Virus record (IMG/VR): IMGVR_UViG_3300037833_000027
Location: 1-54,818 of that record
DNA from: a virus
Lineage: Duplodnaviria; Caudoviricetes
DNA length: 54,818 bases
Strand: one strand, 5' to 3'
How positions within the stretch are numbered: the stretch's first letter is position 1; every line of letters starts with the position of its first letter. Below, one piece after another: positions 28,900 to 38,287 of this stretch. The notes beneath the pieces are model-generated. The model ran no database searches. It had not been told where the DNA came from and saw nothing but the letters and a program-made list of their open reading frames with translations. Made by a program: the position numbers and the translations under genes.

Positions 28900-29050
28900 G
28901 ATTTTGACCCCAGATATGCTGTATTTCATAGGGATATTAGTAGTAGTAGAGGAGTAGTAGTATTAACAGGTGTAAGAGGTGTATCCCTTCCTGCTACCCT
29001 CTGAAAGCTGACTTCCCTTTCTAGGCCCCCACCTGTTCTCCCTGTTCCAC
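28900..29050. other. Candidate phage replication origin
   Basis: AT-rich stretch with (tag)n runs and aacagg/cctgtt repeats directly after the replication gene. Confidence 0.45.
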
Positions 29051-29113
29051 TTGTTGACCGTTAATTGCGTGTCCGAGGCATCCCAGAGACGGGGGCGCGT
29101 CGATGAACTAGAC

Positions 29114-29374
29114 ATGACCCAACACGAACGAGACCTCACCTACTTGACCCGACACGGGGCCACCGTTCCCCCTCGCCCGCAGAAGCCCGCTAGTCGCTCA
29201 CAGTGGGCCGTCTGGCGCTCCGAGGTGTCCAGAGCCGCTGACGAGCTTTGCGAGGCTCTTATCGAACGGGAAGAGCGGGAAGAGGCCGCGTGGTTGGAAC
29301 TGCTGAAGAACTCGGAACCCGTCCACCGCAAGTGGGTTCGCAACCGACGCACAACGGTAGGAACCGGTCGATAG
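29114..29374 (+). CDS. Small hypothetical phage protein
   Basis: MTQHERDLTYL... ORF between the origin candidate and HNH-AP2. Confidence 0.45.
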   Translation: MTQHERDLTYLTRHGATVPPRPQKPASRSQWAVWRSEVSRAADELCEALIEREEREEAAWLELLKNSEPVHRKWVRNRRTTVGTGR

Positions 29375-29382
29375 GTGATAAC

Positions 29383-29928
29383 GTGAGCAGCGACTACATC
29401 AAGAAAGTTCCCGACCGCAACGTCTACCAGCCCGACGCCAACGACCCGAGCTTGACCCGCCTCGTCATCACCCGGAACGACGGCAGCCAGTACACGGTGA
29501 TGCTCGACACGGGCGACGTGGCGAAGGTCCGCCGCCACGTCTGGCGCGTGCAACCGTACTTCCACGGCCAGTACGTCTACCCTTGCACGGGCACGGCGGG
29601 GGCGATGTTTTCGGTGGGCCAGTACCTGCTAGGACTAGGACCGGCAGACCCCGACAACCGTTGCGCCGCGTACCGCGACCGCGACGGCATGAACTGCCGC
29701 CGGTCCAACCTGTTGATCGCTTCACGTAGCGAGATCAAGCGCAAGGCGAAGCTCCCCCCGAACACCAGCAGCGGCGAGCCGAACATCTTCCGGTTCCCGA
29801 ACGGCAAGCGGTTCAGGGTGAACATCCAGCACCGGGGGCACCTCTACGTGTCCACCCACACCAGCCTTGGCGAAGCCGTCGCAGCCCGTGACGCCATGAA
29901 GGCCAAGCTCTTCCCCGACGCCGCCTAG
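29383..29928 (+). CDS. HNH-AP2 domain protein, probably catalytically degenerate
   Basis: MLDTGD..KV....W, DGMNCRRSNL, NTSSGEPNI...FRVNI...EAVAARD. Confidence 0.7.
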   Translation: MSSDYIKKVPDRNVYQPDANDPSLTRLVITRNDGSQYTVMLDTGDVAKVRRHVWRVQPYFHGQYVYPCTGTAGAMFSVGQYLLGLGPADPDNRCAAYRDRDGMNCRRSNLLIASRSEIKRKAKLPPNTSSGEPNIFRFPNGKRFRVNIQHRGHLYVSTHTSLGEAVAARDAMKAKLFPDAA

Positions 29929-30067
29929 GAATTGAAACTCGGATGGTCGATAGAGAGAACGTCGCCACTCGCCGTGGCAGGTCTTCCCACGGTGGCGATG
30001 TTGTGCTCAGCGCCCGCCCTCGCGCCCTAACGCGAGGGCGGGTTCGTTTCGATGGGCAGTCAGACCA

Positions 30068-30150
30068 CCGGGGGAGGGTTCCTAGGAAAAGGGCCGGGAA
30101 CGGAAGACCGAACGACGCCTGTTCGCCGTTTTTGAGCCACTTTTGAAGGA
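30068..30150. other. Candidate cos packaging site
   Basis: ccgggggagggt...agaccg...cctgttcg...ttttt in the intergenic gap upstream of the packaging operon; resembles 3'-cos regions of HK97-like phages (inference). Confidence 0.35.
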
Positions 30151-30180
30151 ACCCGGTATCCCCCGCTTGAACCACTAGGC

Positions 30181-30987
30181 ATGCGAGTCGCGGTTCAGAC
30201 CACCACGCTCCCGAGGGAGCAAATCTACTGGCTTGAAGAGTGGGTCAAGTACCACCTGTGGCTCGGGTTCGACCACGTGTTCATCTACGACAACACGGGC
30301 AGCGTGGCCTACGAGTACAGCGCGTTGTTCGGGCAGCCGACCGTCACCACGGACGGCCGCAACTACAAGGGCCACGAGATCAGGGCAATGACCGGCCACC
30401 TCACCGATGCCGACGTGGCCGACATCGTGAAGCAGATCGGGGAGAAGTACGCCGGGCGGGTGACCATCACGCCGTGGTTGCCGCTTAACGCGGAGGGGAA
30501 GCCCTTCTACGGCCAGACGGCCGCGATGGAACACTTCCTCGTGAACCACGGGCCGCACTACGACTGGGTGTTGTTCGTGGACCTCGACGAGTACCTCGTG
30601 AACCCGGACTGGCGGACGTGGTTGGAGCACTTCGAAGCCCACGGCCGCAACGAGGTTCTCGTCGGGGCGAAGTTGTTCCGGGAGCGCATCACCGGGGCGG
30701 TCCCCACGATCCCCACCCAGAGCATCACCCAGAGCTACCCCGACCACTGGGACCGGCAGCCCAAGCGGTTCGCGAAGTGCGCCGACGTGATCCAGCCGGG
30801 AGTTCACTACGGGGGCAAGTGGAGGCAGTACCACCCCGCCCACGACACGTGCCTTTACCTCCACCACTACCGAGTGGAGCGGCGGCAGGAAATCACCCGC
30901 ATGGAGCATGACGACACGCTCGCGAAGATCATCCCCGAACTGCGGCTTGACGGTTGCGTGCCGGTGCCGAGGAAGGCCACGGCGTGA
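30181..30987 (+). CDS. GT-A glycosyltransferase (GT92/GT2-like)
   Basis: LEEWVKYHLWLGFDHVFIYDN, Q, WVLFVDLDEYL (DxD), HHY. Confidence 0.85.
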   Translation: MRVAVQTTTLPREQIYWLEEWVKYHLWLGFDHVFIYDNTGSVAYEYSALFGQPTVTTDGRNYKGHEIRAMTGHLTDADVADIVKQIGEKYAGRVTITPWLPLNAEGKPFYGQTAAMEHFLVNHGPHYDWVLFVDLDEYLVNPDWRTWLEHFEAHGRNEVLVGAKLFRERITGAVPTIPTQSITQSYPDHWDRQPKRFAKCADVIQPGVHYGGKWRQYHPAHDTCLYLHHYRVERRQEITRMEHDDTLAKIIPELRLDGCVPVPRKATA

Positions 30988-31778
30988 GTGACCCGCTTGC
31001 GAACCTGAAGGCGTTCGACCCCGCCAGCTTGCCCGACGTGTCGCTCTACACCGCCGACATGCCCACCCACGACGAGTGGGCAGCGGAGGTGCCGCAGCCG
31101 TTCGACGACGTGCCCGACTTCGACCCCGAGGCCGACCCCGAGGTGAACGTCAACCGGCAGTTGTCGGGCGACAAGACCTACACCCGGTTGCCGGTGCGCC
31201 GCCTGTTCATCGACTACCGCGAGAACCCGGAAGCCTACAGGCACATCGCGCACCTGCCCGCCGAAGGGGAGGACGTGGAGATGCTCATCTCCGGCAGGTA
31301 CGCCATGTGGGAACTTGTGCCCTCGCTCATCGTGAAGACGGGCCAGAACATCGACACGTTGACCATCGCCACGTTGAGCTACAGCAAGCAGAACGCGGCC
31401 GAGCTTCTGGGGCTACTGGATGACGGGCGGATCGGGCGGTGTGGGTTGCTCGTGAGCTACTTTTTTAAGGCCCAGAACCGCCCGCTTTACGACAGCCTCG
31501 TGCCGGGGTTGCGGGAACGCGGGTGCAAGGTGTTGGCCATGCGGACGCACGCGAAGGTGTTCCTCGTGAAGATGGTTGACGGCACGTGCTACGTGATCCG
31601 GGGCAGCCCGAACATGCGCTCATCGAAGAACTTCGAGCAGTTGACCATGAGCCGTGACGCGGGGCTTTACGAGTTCTACGCCAAGTGGATCGAAGGAGAG
31701 CTACTGCACGGCGTGGAACTAGGTAAGGATGCCGACGAAGAAACAGACAGAGACAAAGCGACCGACACCGCCCCCTGA
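30984..31778 (+). CDS. Phospholipase D-fold (single HxK) phage protein
   Basis: LTIATLS, RTHAKVFLV, GSPNM...NFEQ. Confidence 0.75.
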   Translation: MSDPLANLKAFDPASLPDVSLYTADMPTHDEWAAEVPQPFDDVPDFDPEADPEVNVNRQLSGDKTYTRLPVRRLFIDYRENPEAYRHIAHLPAEGEDVEMLISGRYAMWELVPSLIVKTGQNIDTLTIATLSYSKQNAAELLGLLDDGRIGRCGLLVSYFFKAQNRPLYDSLVPGLRERGCKVLAMRTHAKVFLVKMVDGTCYVIRGSPNMRSSKNFEQLTMSRDAGLYEFYAKWIEGELLHGVELGKDADEETDRDKATDTAP

Positions 31779-32103
31779 GATCGAGGGTGAGGCCCTACTC
31801 GAATGGGACCGGTGTTGCGAAGAGCTTGAACAACTGGGGCGACTGAACACGGTGGACCGGGGGATTCTCACGGTTCACTGTCAAATCTACGCAGCAAATC
31901 AGGCCGCATTTAAGCACGTGGCGCAGTGGGGGCCGGTGTTGAAGGCCGCGAACGGCGTGGTGGGACAGGGGCCGTTCTGGAAGACCATGAAGGACGCCAC
32001 CGCCCTGTTGCAGAAGAGCTACGCCGAACTCGGACTCACCCCGAAAGCTCGTGGGTTCGACGCCAACCAAAGGGATGACGAGGGCGACGACCTCGACTTT
32101 TAG
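31729..32103 (+). CDS. terS: Terminase small subunit (P27 family)
   Basis: PP...EALLEW...L...VD..IL..HC...ELGLTPKAR. Confidence 0.88.
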   Translation: MPTKKQTETKRPTPPPEIEGEALLEWDRCCEELEQLGRLNTVDRGILTVHCQIYAANQAAFKHVAQWGPVLKAANGVVGQGPFWKTMKDATALLQKSYAELGLTPKARGFDANQRDDEGDDLDF

Positions 32104-32105
32104 AA

Positions 32106-34004
32106 GTGGCAGAGACACCCGACGAGAAACACAAGGCCGCACGCAACGCCTACTACGACCAGCACGCCCGAGACCCGGACGCGAAGCGCTTCTACAACAG
32201 CGCGGCATGGAAGCGGGCACGGAAGGCGAAGCTCGCCCAGTACCCCGTGTGCCAGCGATGCGAGAAGGTGTTCGCCGAGCACGTTCACCACGTCATCCCC
32301 CTGAAGGATTGCACCGACGCCCAAAAGCTCGACCCCGGCAACCTGTTCAGCACGTGCGCCCCATGCCACAACATCATGGAGGCCCAGACGCAGAGCGCCG
32401 CCGCCCTCACGGTGTCGGGCACGCTCGTGGTGGCCGAGGACGAGAACTACTTCTACGACGCCGAGGCAGCCGAGAAGCCCGTCCGGTTCATCGAAACCTA
32501 CTGCCGCCACTACGAGGGCCTGTTCGCCGGGCAGCCGTTCACCCTGTTGGACTGGCAGAAGAGCATCATCCGCACCCTGTTCGGGTGGAAACACCGGGGG
32601 ACGGGACTACGCCGGTTCAGGGAGTTGTGGCTTTTGACGGCCAAGGGTGCGGGCAAGACGCCCATGCTCGCCGCCATCGCCCTCTTCATGCTGCTAGGAG
32701 ACGGGGAAGCGGGCGCTCACGTCGTCAGCATGGCCAGCAGCTTCGAGCAGGCCAATCTGACGTTCGACGCGGGCAAAAAGTACATCGCGCAGAACCCCAA
32801 GTTGTCCAAGGCCTGTGAGTCGCAGCAGTTCGTCATCAAGGGGCCGAAGTTCGGCAAGTGGACGACGATCTCCGGGAAACCGAACGGCAGATCGGGGCCG
32901 CGCCCCTCGTGCATCATCGCGGACGAGGTTCACGAGTGGCCCACGGGCACCGACAAGGCCTACGACCTGTTGACGGCCAACTTGTTCAAGCGGTCGCAGC
33001 CCCTGTTGCTCGTGGCCACGAACGCCGGGGCCGACCGCACCGGGTTCGCGTGGCAGTTGCACGAGCGGGCCATGAACGTGTTGTCCGGGAAGGTGACGGA
33101 CGACACGTTGTTGCCGGTCATCTACGAGGCCGACAAGTCGCTCGACTGGCGCAGCGAGGAAGCCGCCAAGGCCGCTAACCCGTCACTGGGCGGGTTCGTC
33201 AGGTTCGAGCAGTTGCAGCCGGAGCAGTTGAAGGGCGAGGCCCGCTACCGCCGCCTGTACCTGTCGCAGTGGGTGACGGGTTCCGACAAGGCGTTCGACA
33301 TGGAGTTGTGGGACTCGTGCGCCGCAGACCTCGACCACGGGAAGTTGAAGGCCCTCCCCCTCTACGTCGGCATCGACGCCAGCGCCGGTGACGACCTGTT
33401 CGCCGTCACCCACGTCTGGGTGACCCCGGAGCGTCACTACGTGGATGCCCACTTCTTTCTCCCCAAGGTGACGGCCCAAAAGTACGAGGACAGCCACCGC
33501 ATCCCGTTCACCCGGTGGGCGGAACAGGGGCACATCACCCTGTTGGACGAGCCGACCATCAACCACGCCGTTCGCCAGCGAATTGCGGCCGAGATCATCG
33601 CCACGAGCAAGGTGAACCCGGTTTTGAAGCTCGGCTATGACCGGGCATGGAAGGCCGACGAGGTGGTGGCCACGGTCGCGGCAGCGGGCATCGAGTGCGA
33701 ACCCATCGGGCAGGGCTGGGGCGTGTGGGAAGGCAGCCGCGAGCTAGACAACCGGTTGAAGGAGAAGGCCGTCACCGTGAGCCGGAACCCCGTGCTGCGC
33801 TGGTGCGCCGAGAACACGGAGTGGGAGCACGGTAAGCACGGGGGGTTCTGGCCGGTCAAGCCCAACGCAAAAGGCAGTTATGCGGGAAGGAGATCGGCCA
33901 AGATCGACGGAATTAGCGCACTGGTGACCTGTCTGACGGAAGCACGGAAGCACGCTTTCCCGAAGACCCAACAGCAATGGCGGGGGACGATCCATTTTGC
34001 ATAA
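32106..34004 (+). CDS. terL: Terminase large subunit with fused N-terminal HNH endonuclease
   Basis: N-terminal FYNSAAWKRAR...PVCQRC...VHHVIP...NLFSTCAPCHN; then LLDWQ, AKGAGKT, IADEVHEW, GIDAS, GYDR, KIDGISAL. Confidence 0.92.
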   Translation: MAETPDEKHKAARNAYYDQHARDPDAKRFYNSAAWKRARKAKLAQYPVCQRCEKVFAEHVHHVIPLKDCTDAQKLDPGNLFSTCAPCHNIMEAQTQSAAALTVSGTLVVAEDENYFYDAEAAEKPVRFIETYCRHYEGLFAGQPFTLLDWQKSIIRTLFGWKHRGTGLRRFRELWLLTAKGAGKTPMLAAIALFMLLGDGEAGAHVVSMASSFEQANLTFDAGKKYIAQNPKLSKACESQQFVIKGPKFGKWTTISGKPNGRSGPRPSCIIADEVHEWPTGTDKAYDLLTANLFKRSQPLLLVATNAGADRTGFAWQLHERAMNVLSGKVTDDTLLPVIYEADKSLDWRSEEAAKAANPSLGGFVRFEQLQPEQLKGEARYRRLYLSQWVTGSDKAFDMELWDSCAADLDHGKLKALPLYVGIDASAGDDLFAVTHVWVTPERHYVDAHFFLPKVTAQKYEDSHRIPFTRWAEQGHITLLDEPTINHAVRQRIAAEIIATSKVNPVLKLGYDRAWKADEVVATVAAAGIECEPIGQGWGVWEGSRELDNRLKEKAVTVSRNPVLRWCAENTEWEHGKHGGFWPVKPNAKGSYAGRRSAKIDGISALVTCLTEARKHAFPKTQQQWRGTIHFA

Positions 34005-35538
34005 CCTAACGACCATCAACGGCATCCGGGTTTACGACGCGAAGCCCGGTGACGTGATCGGCACGAGCATCATCAACGGCTACAGTGCCCTCACCGTCCC
34101 CGCCTACTGGCGGGCCATCAACTTTTTGGCCACCAACTTGGCCAGCTTCCCCCGCTCGGTTCATCGGGACGGGGCGAAGGCCGACGAGCCGCACCCGCTC
34201 GACCGCATCCTGAAGCGACGGCCCAACGCCTACCAGAACGCCACCCAGTTCTGGCGCACCCTGTTCGCGCACGCCGGGCACTGCGGCAACGGGTTCGCGG
34301 AGATCAAGCGGACGGCCACGGGCCGGGTGGACGCCGTTCACAACCTGTTGCCCGAGGACGTGGCCCCGTTCCGCTACGCCCCGGACGACGGGAGCGGGCC
34401 GCAGCAGTTCTATTACCACGCGACCACGAAGCGGATTCTCCCCGCAGCCGACGTGGTTCATCTTGCCGCGCTCAGTTGGGACGGCATGAGCGGGTTCGAC
34501 CCCGTGGAACTGTTGGCCGACACGTTCCAACAGGCCAAGGCCCACCAGAAGTATTCCACCCGCTACATCCAGACGGGCACCGTCATCAAGGGCGCGGTAG
34601 AGGTGCCGGGCAGCATGACGCCGGAGCAGTTGGCCCAGTTCACGACCCTGTTGCGGACCCACTTCAGCGGCAGCACGGCCGACCGTGACGTGATGATCCT
34701 GACGGACGGGGCGAAGCTCAACAACTCAACTATCACGCCCGTGGAGAGCCAGTTGGTGGAACAGGGGGCGAGCATCACCAAGGCCATCGCCCAAGTCACC
34801 GGCGTGCCGCCCCAGTTCCTCTACGAGTTCTCCGAGTCGAAATACAACGACAGCATCGAGCAGATGGGCCAAGACGTGGTGCGCTACACGTTCCGCCCGT
34901 GGATCGAACAGACGGAAGACGAGTTGATGGTCAAGCTGTTGACGGAACAGGAGCAGGAGCAGGGGTTCACCATCCGGTTGAACCCGGACGCCCTGTTGCG
35001 GGGCGACACGGCAGCCCAGACCGCCGCCGTCATCAGCACCGTGAACGGCGGGTTGCGGTCCCGCAACGAGGGCCGGGCGCTGCTGGACTTGCCGCCCGAC
35101 TCGGACCCCGAGTCCGACAAGCTGAAGACGTTAGGCGACACCACGGTCAACCAACCGAAGGCCCTGCCGCCCAAGTCGTCGGCCACGAGCGAGGGCGACA
35201 CGTTCGCCGCCCTCATGCCGGTCATCACCGCCGCCGTGGAGCGTGTGGAGACGAAGACGGCCAACGCGTTCACCAGCACGGCCGCGAAGAAGCCCGAGGC
35301 CGAGCGCGTCATCTGGGCCAACGTGTTCGCGGAGCAGCAGGCCAAGTACGTGGCCGACGCGCTCGCGCCCGTGGCCGAGACGTTGACGGTACTCGGTGGG
35401 GCAGCGTTGCCGGTGCCCCAGATCGCGGAGCGGTACGGGGCACAAGTTCGACGCCGGGCAGCATCCGGGGAAGGCACCGACCTAAAGGGAATCATCGCCG
35501 ACTTGATCGGCCGGGGGGAACATGGACAAGCCGAGTAA
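33997..35538 (+). CDS. Portal protein (HK97 family) with C-terminal extension
   Basis: AINFLA..LASFP, RPNAYQ, GNGFA, IAQVTGVPP, LLRGD, NEGR. Confidence 0.92.
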   Translation: MHNLTTINGIRVYDAKPGDVIGTSIINGYSALTVPAYWRAINFLATNLASFPRSVHRDGAKADEPHPLDRILKRRPNAYQNATQFWRTLFAHAGHCGNGFAEIKRTATGRVDAVHNLLPEDVAPFRYAPDDGSGPQQFYYHATTKRILPAADVVHLAALSWDGMSGFDPVELLADTFQQAKAHQKYSTRYIQTGTVIKGAVEVPGSMTPEQLAQFTTLLRTHFSGSTADRDVMILTDGAKLNNSTITPVESQLVEQGASITKAIAQVTGVPPQFLYEFSESKYNDSIEQMGQDVVRYTFRPWIEQTEDELMVKLLTEQEQEQGFTIRLNPDALLRGDTAAQTAAVISTVNGGLRSRNEGRALLDLPPDSDPESDKLKTLGDTTVNQPKALPPKSSATSEGDTFAALMPVITAAVERVETKTANAFTSTAAKKPEAERVIWANVFAEQQAKYVADALAPVAETLTVLGGAALPVPQIAERYGAQVRRRAASGEGTDLKGIIADLIGRGEHGQAE

Positions 35539-36151
35539 GCGCATCATCTTCACGAAGGGCGACCACGCCAAGGTGGAGTTCGTCGCTGCGCCCGAGGGCA
35601 CGGCCGACAGCATCGGCACGATCAAGGGCTATGCCCTCGTGTGGAACGTGTTGAGCAGCGACCGAGGGGGCTACAAGGTCCGCCTGTTGCCGGGCAGCGC
35701 CAAGTTCACCAGCACGGTTCACGCCCTGTACCACCACGAGTGGACGGGCGGGCCGTTGGGCGACACCCAGACGAACACGCTCCGCATTCTCCCCGCCGAC
35801 GACTACGGCATCCCCGTAGAGATCGACTTGCCCGACACGACCAACGGCCGCGACACGTTGGAGCTTGTCCGCACGGGCCGGATGACCGGCATGAGCTTCG
35901 CCATGATCGGCAAGCCCACCAGTCACGAGACGGAAGAGGACGGAGAGACCGTGTTGAACGCGGAGGCCTACGAGGTGGACGAGGTGACCGTCACCGCGTT
36001 GCCCGCGTTCACTCAGACGGTTGTGGCCGTGAAGCCGGACCCCGAGCCGGAGCAGTTGTCGGCCGACAAGAAAAATCCCGAGTCGGGGAAGGAGTCGGCC
36101 CGGCAGAGTCGGAAACTAAGTGAGCTACGCCTATCCGTGCTGAAGCTGTAA
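35522..36151 (+). CDS. HK97-family prohead protease
   Basis: IKGYALVWN, ALYHH, GMSF, EVTVTALPAF. Confidence 0.92.
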   Translation: MDKPSKRIIFTKGDHAKVEFVAAPEGTADSIGTIKGYALVWNVLSSDRGGYKVRLLPGSAKFTSTVHALYHHEWTGGPLGDTQTNTLRILPADDYGIPVEIDLPDTTNGRDTLELVRTGRMTGMSFAMIGKPTSHETEEDGETVLNAEAYEVDEVTVTALPAFTQTVVAVKPDPEPEQLSADKKNPESGKESARQSRKLSELRLSVLKL

Positions 36152-36227
36152 TCGTCGGCAGAGTTTCGACGCCCCCAGTGGCAGGAAGGACGGCATCGAC
36201 ATCAAACCCAAAAGGGGGAATCCGCTC

Positions 36228-37424
36228 ATGGATTTCATTTCAAAGCTACGTGAAGAGTTCGCAGCCACCCACGCCGAAGCCGCCACGGTCATCGAGACCG
36301 CAGGCACCGAAGGCCGCGACCTCACCGCCGACGAGAAGGCCGCGAACGAGAAGCGTTTCGCCCGCCTTGAGACCATCAAGAACGTCATCGACGACCAGAT
36401 GAAGTTCGCGAAGCTCGCGCTCGAAAAGGGCGAGGCCATCACGCCGAAGACCGCGCCGGGCAAGGCCGAGTACGAGGCCAACGAGGGCGAGCAGTTCGCC
36501 AAGGCCGACAAGATCGACAAGGCCGAGTTCAGCAAGGCCCTTTCCCAGTGGGCGCTGACGGGCCAGATGGCCCCGAAGTTCGCCACCATCACCACCGCCA
36601 CCTCGTCTGGCGCGTTGTTCCCGAAGCAGGTTGCCGCCCCCGTGGTCGCGACTCAGGGTTCGGCGCTCCGCGAGGCGATGGCAGCCGTTGGCGTGTCGCC
36701 CATCAAGACGGACGGCACCGCCGACCTCAACATCCCGGTCATCGCCGTTGCCGTTGGCAGCGACGTTTCCGAGACGGCATCGTCGGGCACGGACAACAGC
36801 CCGGTGCCGCCGGTCATCAACCTGAAGCCGGTCCCGATCCAGTCGGGTCAGGCGTGGGTGTCCAACTTGGAGTTGGGTTCGCTCGACTACGACCTGTTGG
36901 GCGAGATCGTCCCCGGTCTGGCCGACGCGAAGGAAATGCGTCTGGAACAGAAGGCGTTCGCGGCCATGATCGCCGACGCTGGCATCACCCAGACCGTGGC
37001 CACCGCCACCACGACCGGGTTCACGTTTGCGAACCTCGTGGACCTGAACCGCAAGTTCAACCGCCGCTATGACCGCCTGAAGGTCATCGTCCTGTCGGAC
37101 GCCGCCTACGCGGCAGCCGAGAAGCTGACGGGTTCGGACGGCCACCCCGTCCTGAACCGCGACCCCCAGAACCAGAGCCTGTTGCGCTTCAACGGCACGC
37201 CGGTAATTCGCAGCAGTTACCTTGAGGCGTTCGGCGCTTCCAAGGTGGTCGGCGTCATCCTGTCGTTCGTCGGCGTGAAGGTCCGCGACTGCGGCACGCA
37301 GCGGATCATCCGCCACGTGGACGACAAGGACAAGGTGGAGCAGACCGGGTTGAACCTCGTGGGCTACCACGCTGTGGGCTACACGCCCGAAGCCGTGGCC
37401 ACGCTGAAGACCCCGGTGAGCTAA
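36228..37424 (+). CDS. Major capsid protein (HK97 fold, delta domain)
   Basis: Position; N-terminal coiled coil GRDLTADE; GALFP; DGHPV; G.PVI. Confidence 0.88.
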   Translation: MDFISKLREEFAATHAEAATVIETAGTEGRDLTADEKAANEKRFARLETIKNVIDDQMKFAKLALEKGEAITPKTAPGKAEYEANEGEQFAKADKIDKAEFSKALSQWALTGQMAPKFATITTATSSGALFPKQVAAPVVATQGSALREAMAAVGVSPIKTDGTADLNIPVIAVAVGSDVSETASSGTDNSPVPPVINLKPVPIQSGQAWVSNLELGSLDYDLLGEIVPGLADAKEMRLEQKAFAAMIADAGITQTVATATTTGFTFANLVDLNRKFNRRYDRLKVIVLSDAAYAAAEKLTGSDGHPVLNRDPQNQSLLRFNGTPVIRSSYLEAFGASKVVGVILSFVGVKVRDCGTQRIIRHVDDKDKVEQTGLNLVGYHAVGYTPEAVATLKTPVS

Positions 37425-37452
37425 GCCAGCCGGAACCCACATCAGAGTCACG

Positions 37453-37487
37453 CCACTGGGGCGGTTAACAGCCGCCCCAGTGGTTTT
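37453..37487 (+). terminator. Intrinsic terminator after capsid gene
   Basis: ccactggggcgg/ccgccccagtgg stem followed by tttt. Confidence 0.8.
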
Positions 37488-37518
37488 CCGAGTCTCGTCA
37501 GGAACTAGGGGGCAGCAA

Positions 37519-37758
37519 GTGGCCAAGGTTCGTTTCATTCAGACGCTCAGCACGTTCCGCGAGGTCTACCTCGCGGGCAGCACCGCAGAACTATCGGCAG
37601 CGGAGGCCGAGAGCTACGTCCGCAACGGTGTCGCCGAGGCCGTGGAGGAAGACCCCACGCCAGAGGAAGTGAAGGAGGCCCTTCACAAGTTGCTCGGTCC
37701 GCCCACCGCCGTGAGGCCGAAGCCCGCACCGAAGCCGAAGGCCACCAAGGGGGAGTAA
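37519..37758 (+). CDS. Small head-associated protein
   Basis: KVRF...YLAG...EAESYVRNGVAEAV pattern common after capsid genes. Confidence 0.7.
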   Translation: MAKVRFIQTLSTFREVYLAGSTAELSAAEAESYVRNGVAEAVEEDPTPEEVKEALHKLLGPPTAVRPKPAPKPKATKGE

Positions 37759-37759
37759 C

Positions 37760-38287
37760 GTGAAGTACACCGTCACCACCCCGCCCAGTGGCAGGCCCGT
37801 GGACTACGCGACAGCCAAGAACCACCTACGTCTGGACTCCAACGAGGAACAGACCGTCGTGGAACTGGCCATCGACGCCGCCACGGACTTCGCACAGGAC
37901 GCGATGGGCACGAGCCTGTTGGCCCAGACCATCATGGCCACGTTCTACGTGGGCGAGGACATCGCGTTGCCCCGTGGCCCGCTCATCGCCATCACGAGCG
38001 TGACGGACGGTAACGGCAGGATCATCACGGACTACGACGTGTGGCGGGTCGGGCACTCGGATCGGCTGACGATCAACGAGGCCCACGAGCACCCCATCAC
38101 CGTGGCCTACACGGCCGGTTACCCGAACGTCGCCGCTATCCCGGCCAGCATCCGGCAGGCCATCCTAGTTCACGTCGGCACGCTCTACGCGATGCGGGAG
38201 AGCGTGATGGACGGCAGCCCCAAGCCCGTGCCCCACAGCTTGGCCGACTTCTACAAGTTGAAGGGCCGCAACACGGGGGCCGCGTGA
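37760..38287 (+). CDS. Head-tail connector (HK97 gp6-like)
   Basis: AKNHLRLD, YTAGY, IPASIRQAIL..V..LY..RE. Confidence 0.9.
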   Translation: MKYTVTTPPSGRPVDYATAKNHLRLDSNEEQTVVELAIDAATDFAQDAMGTSLLAQTIMATFYVGEDIALPRGPLIAITSVTDGNGRIITDYDVWRVGHSDRLTINEAHEHPITVAYTAGYPNVAAIPASIRQAILVHVGTLYAMRESVMDGSPKPVPHSLADFYKLKGRNTGAA

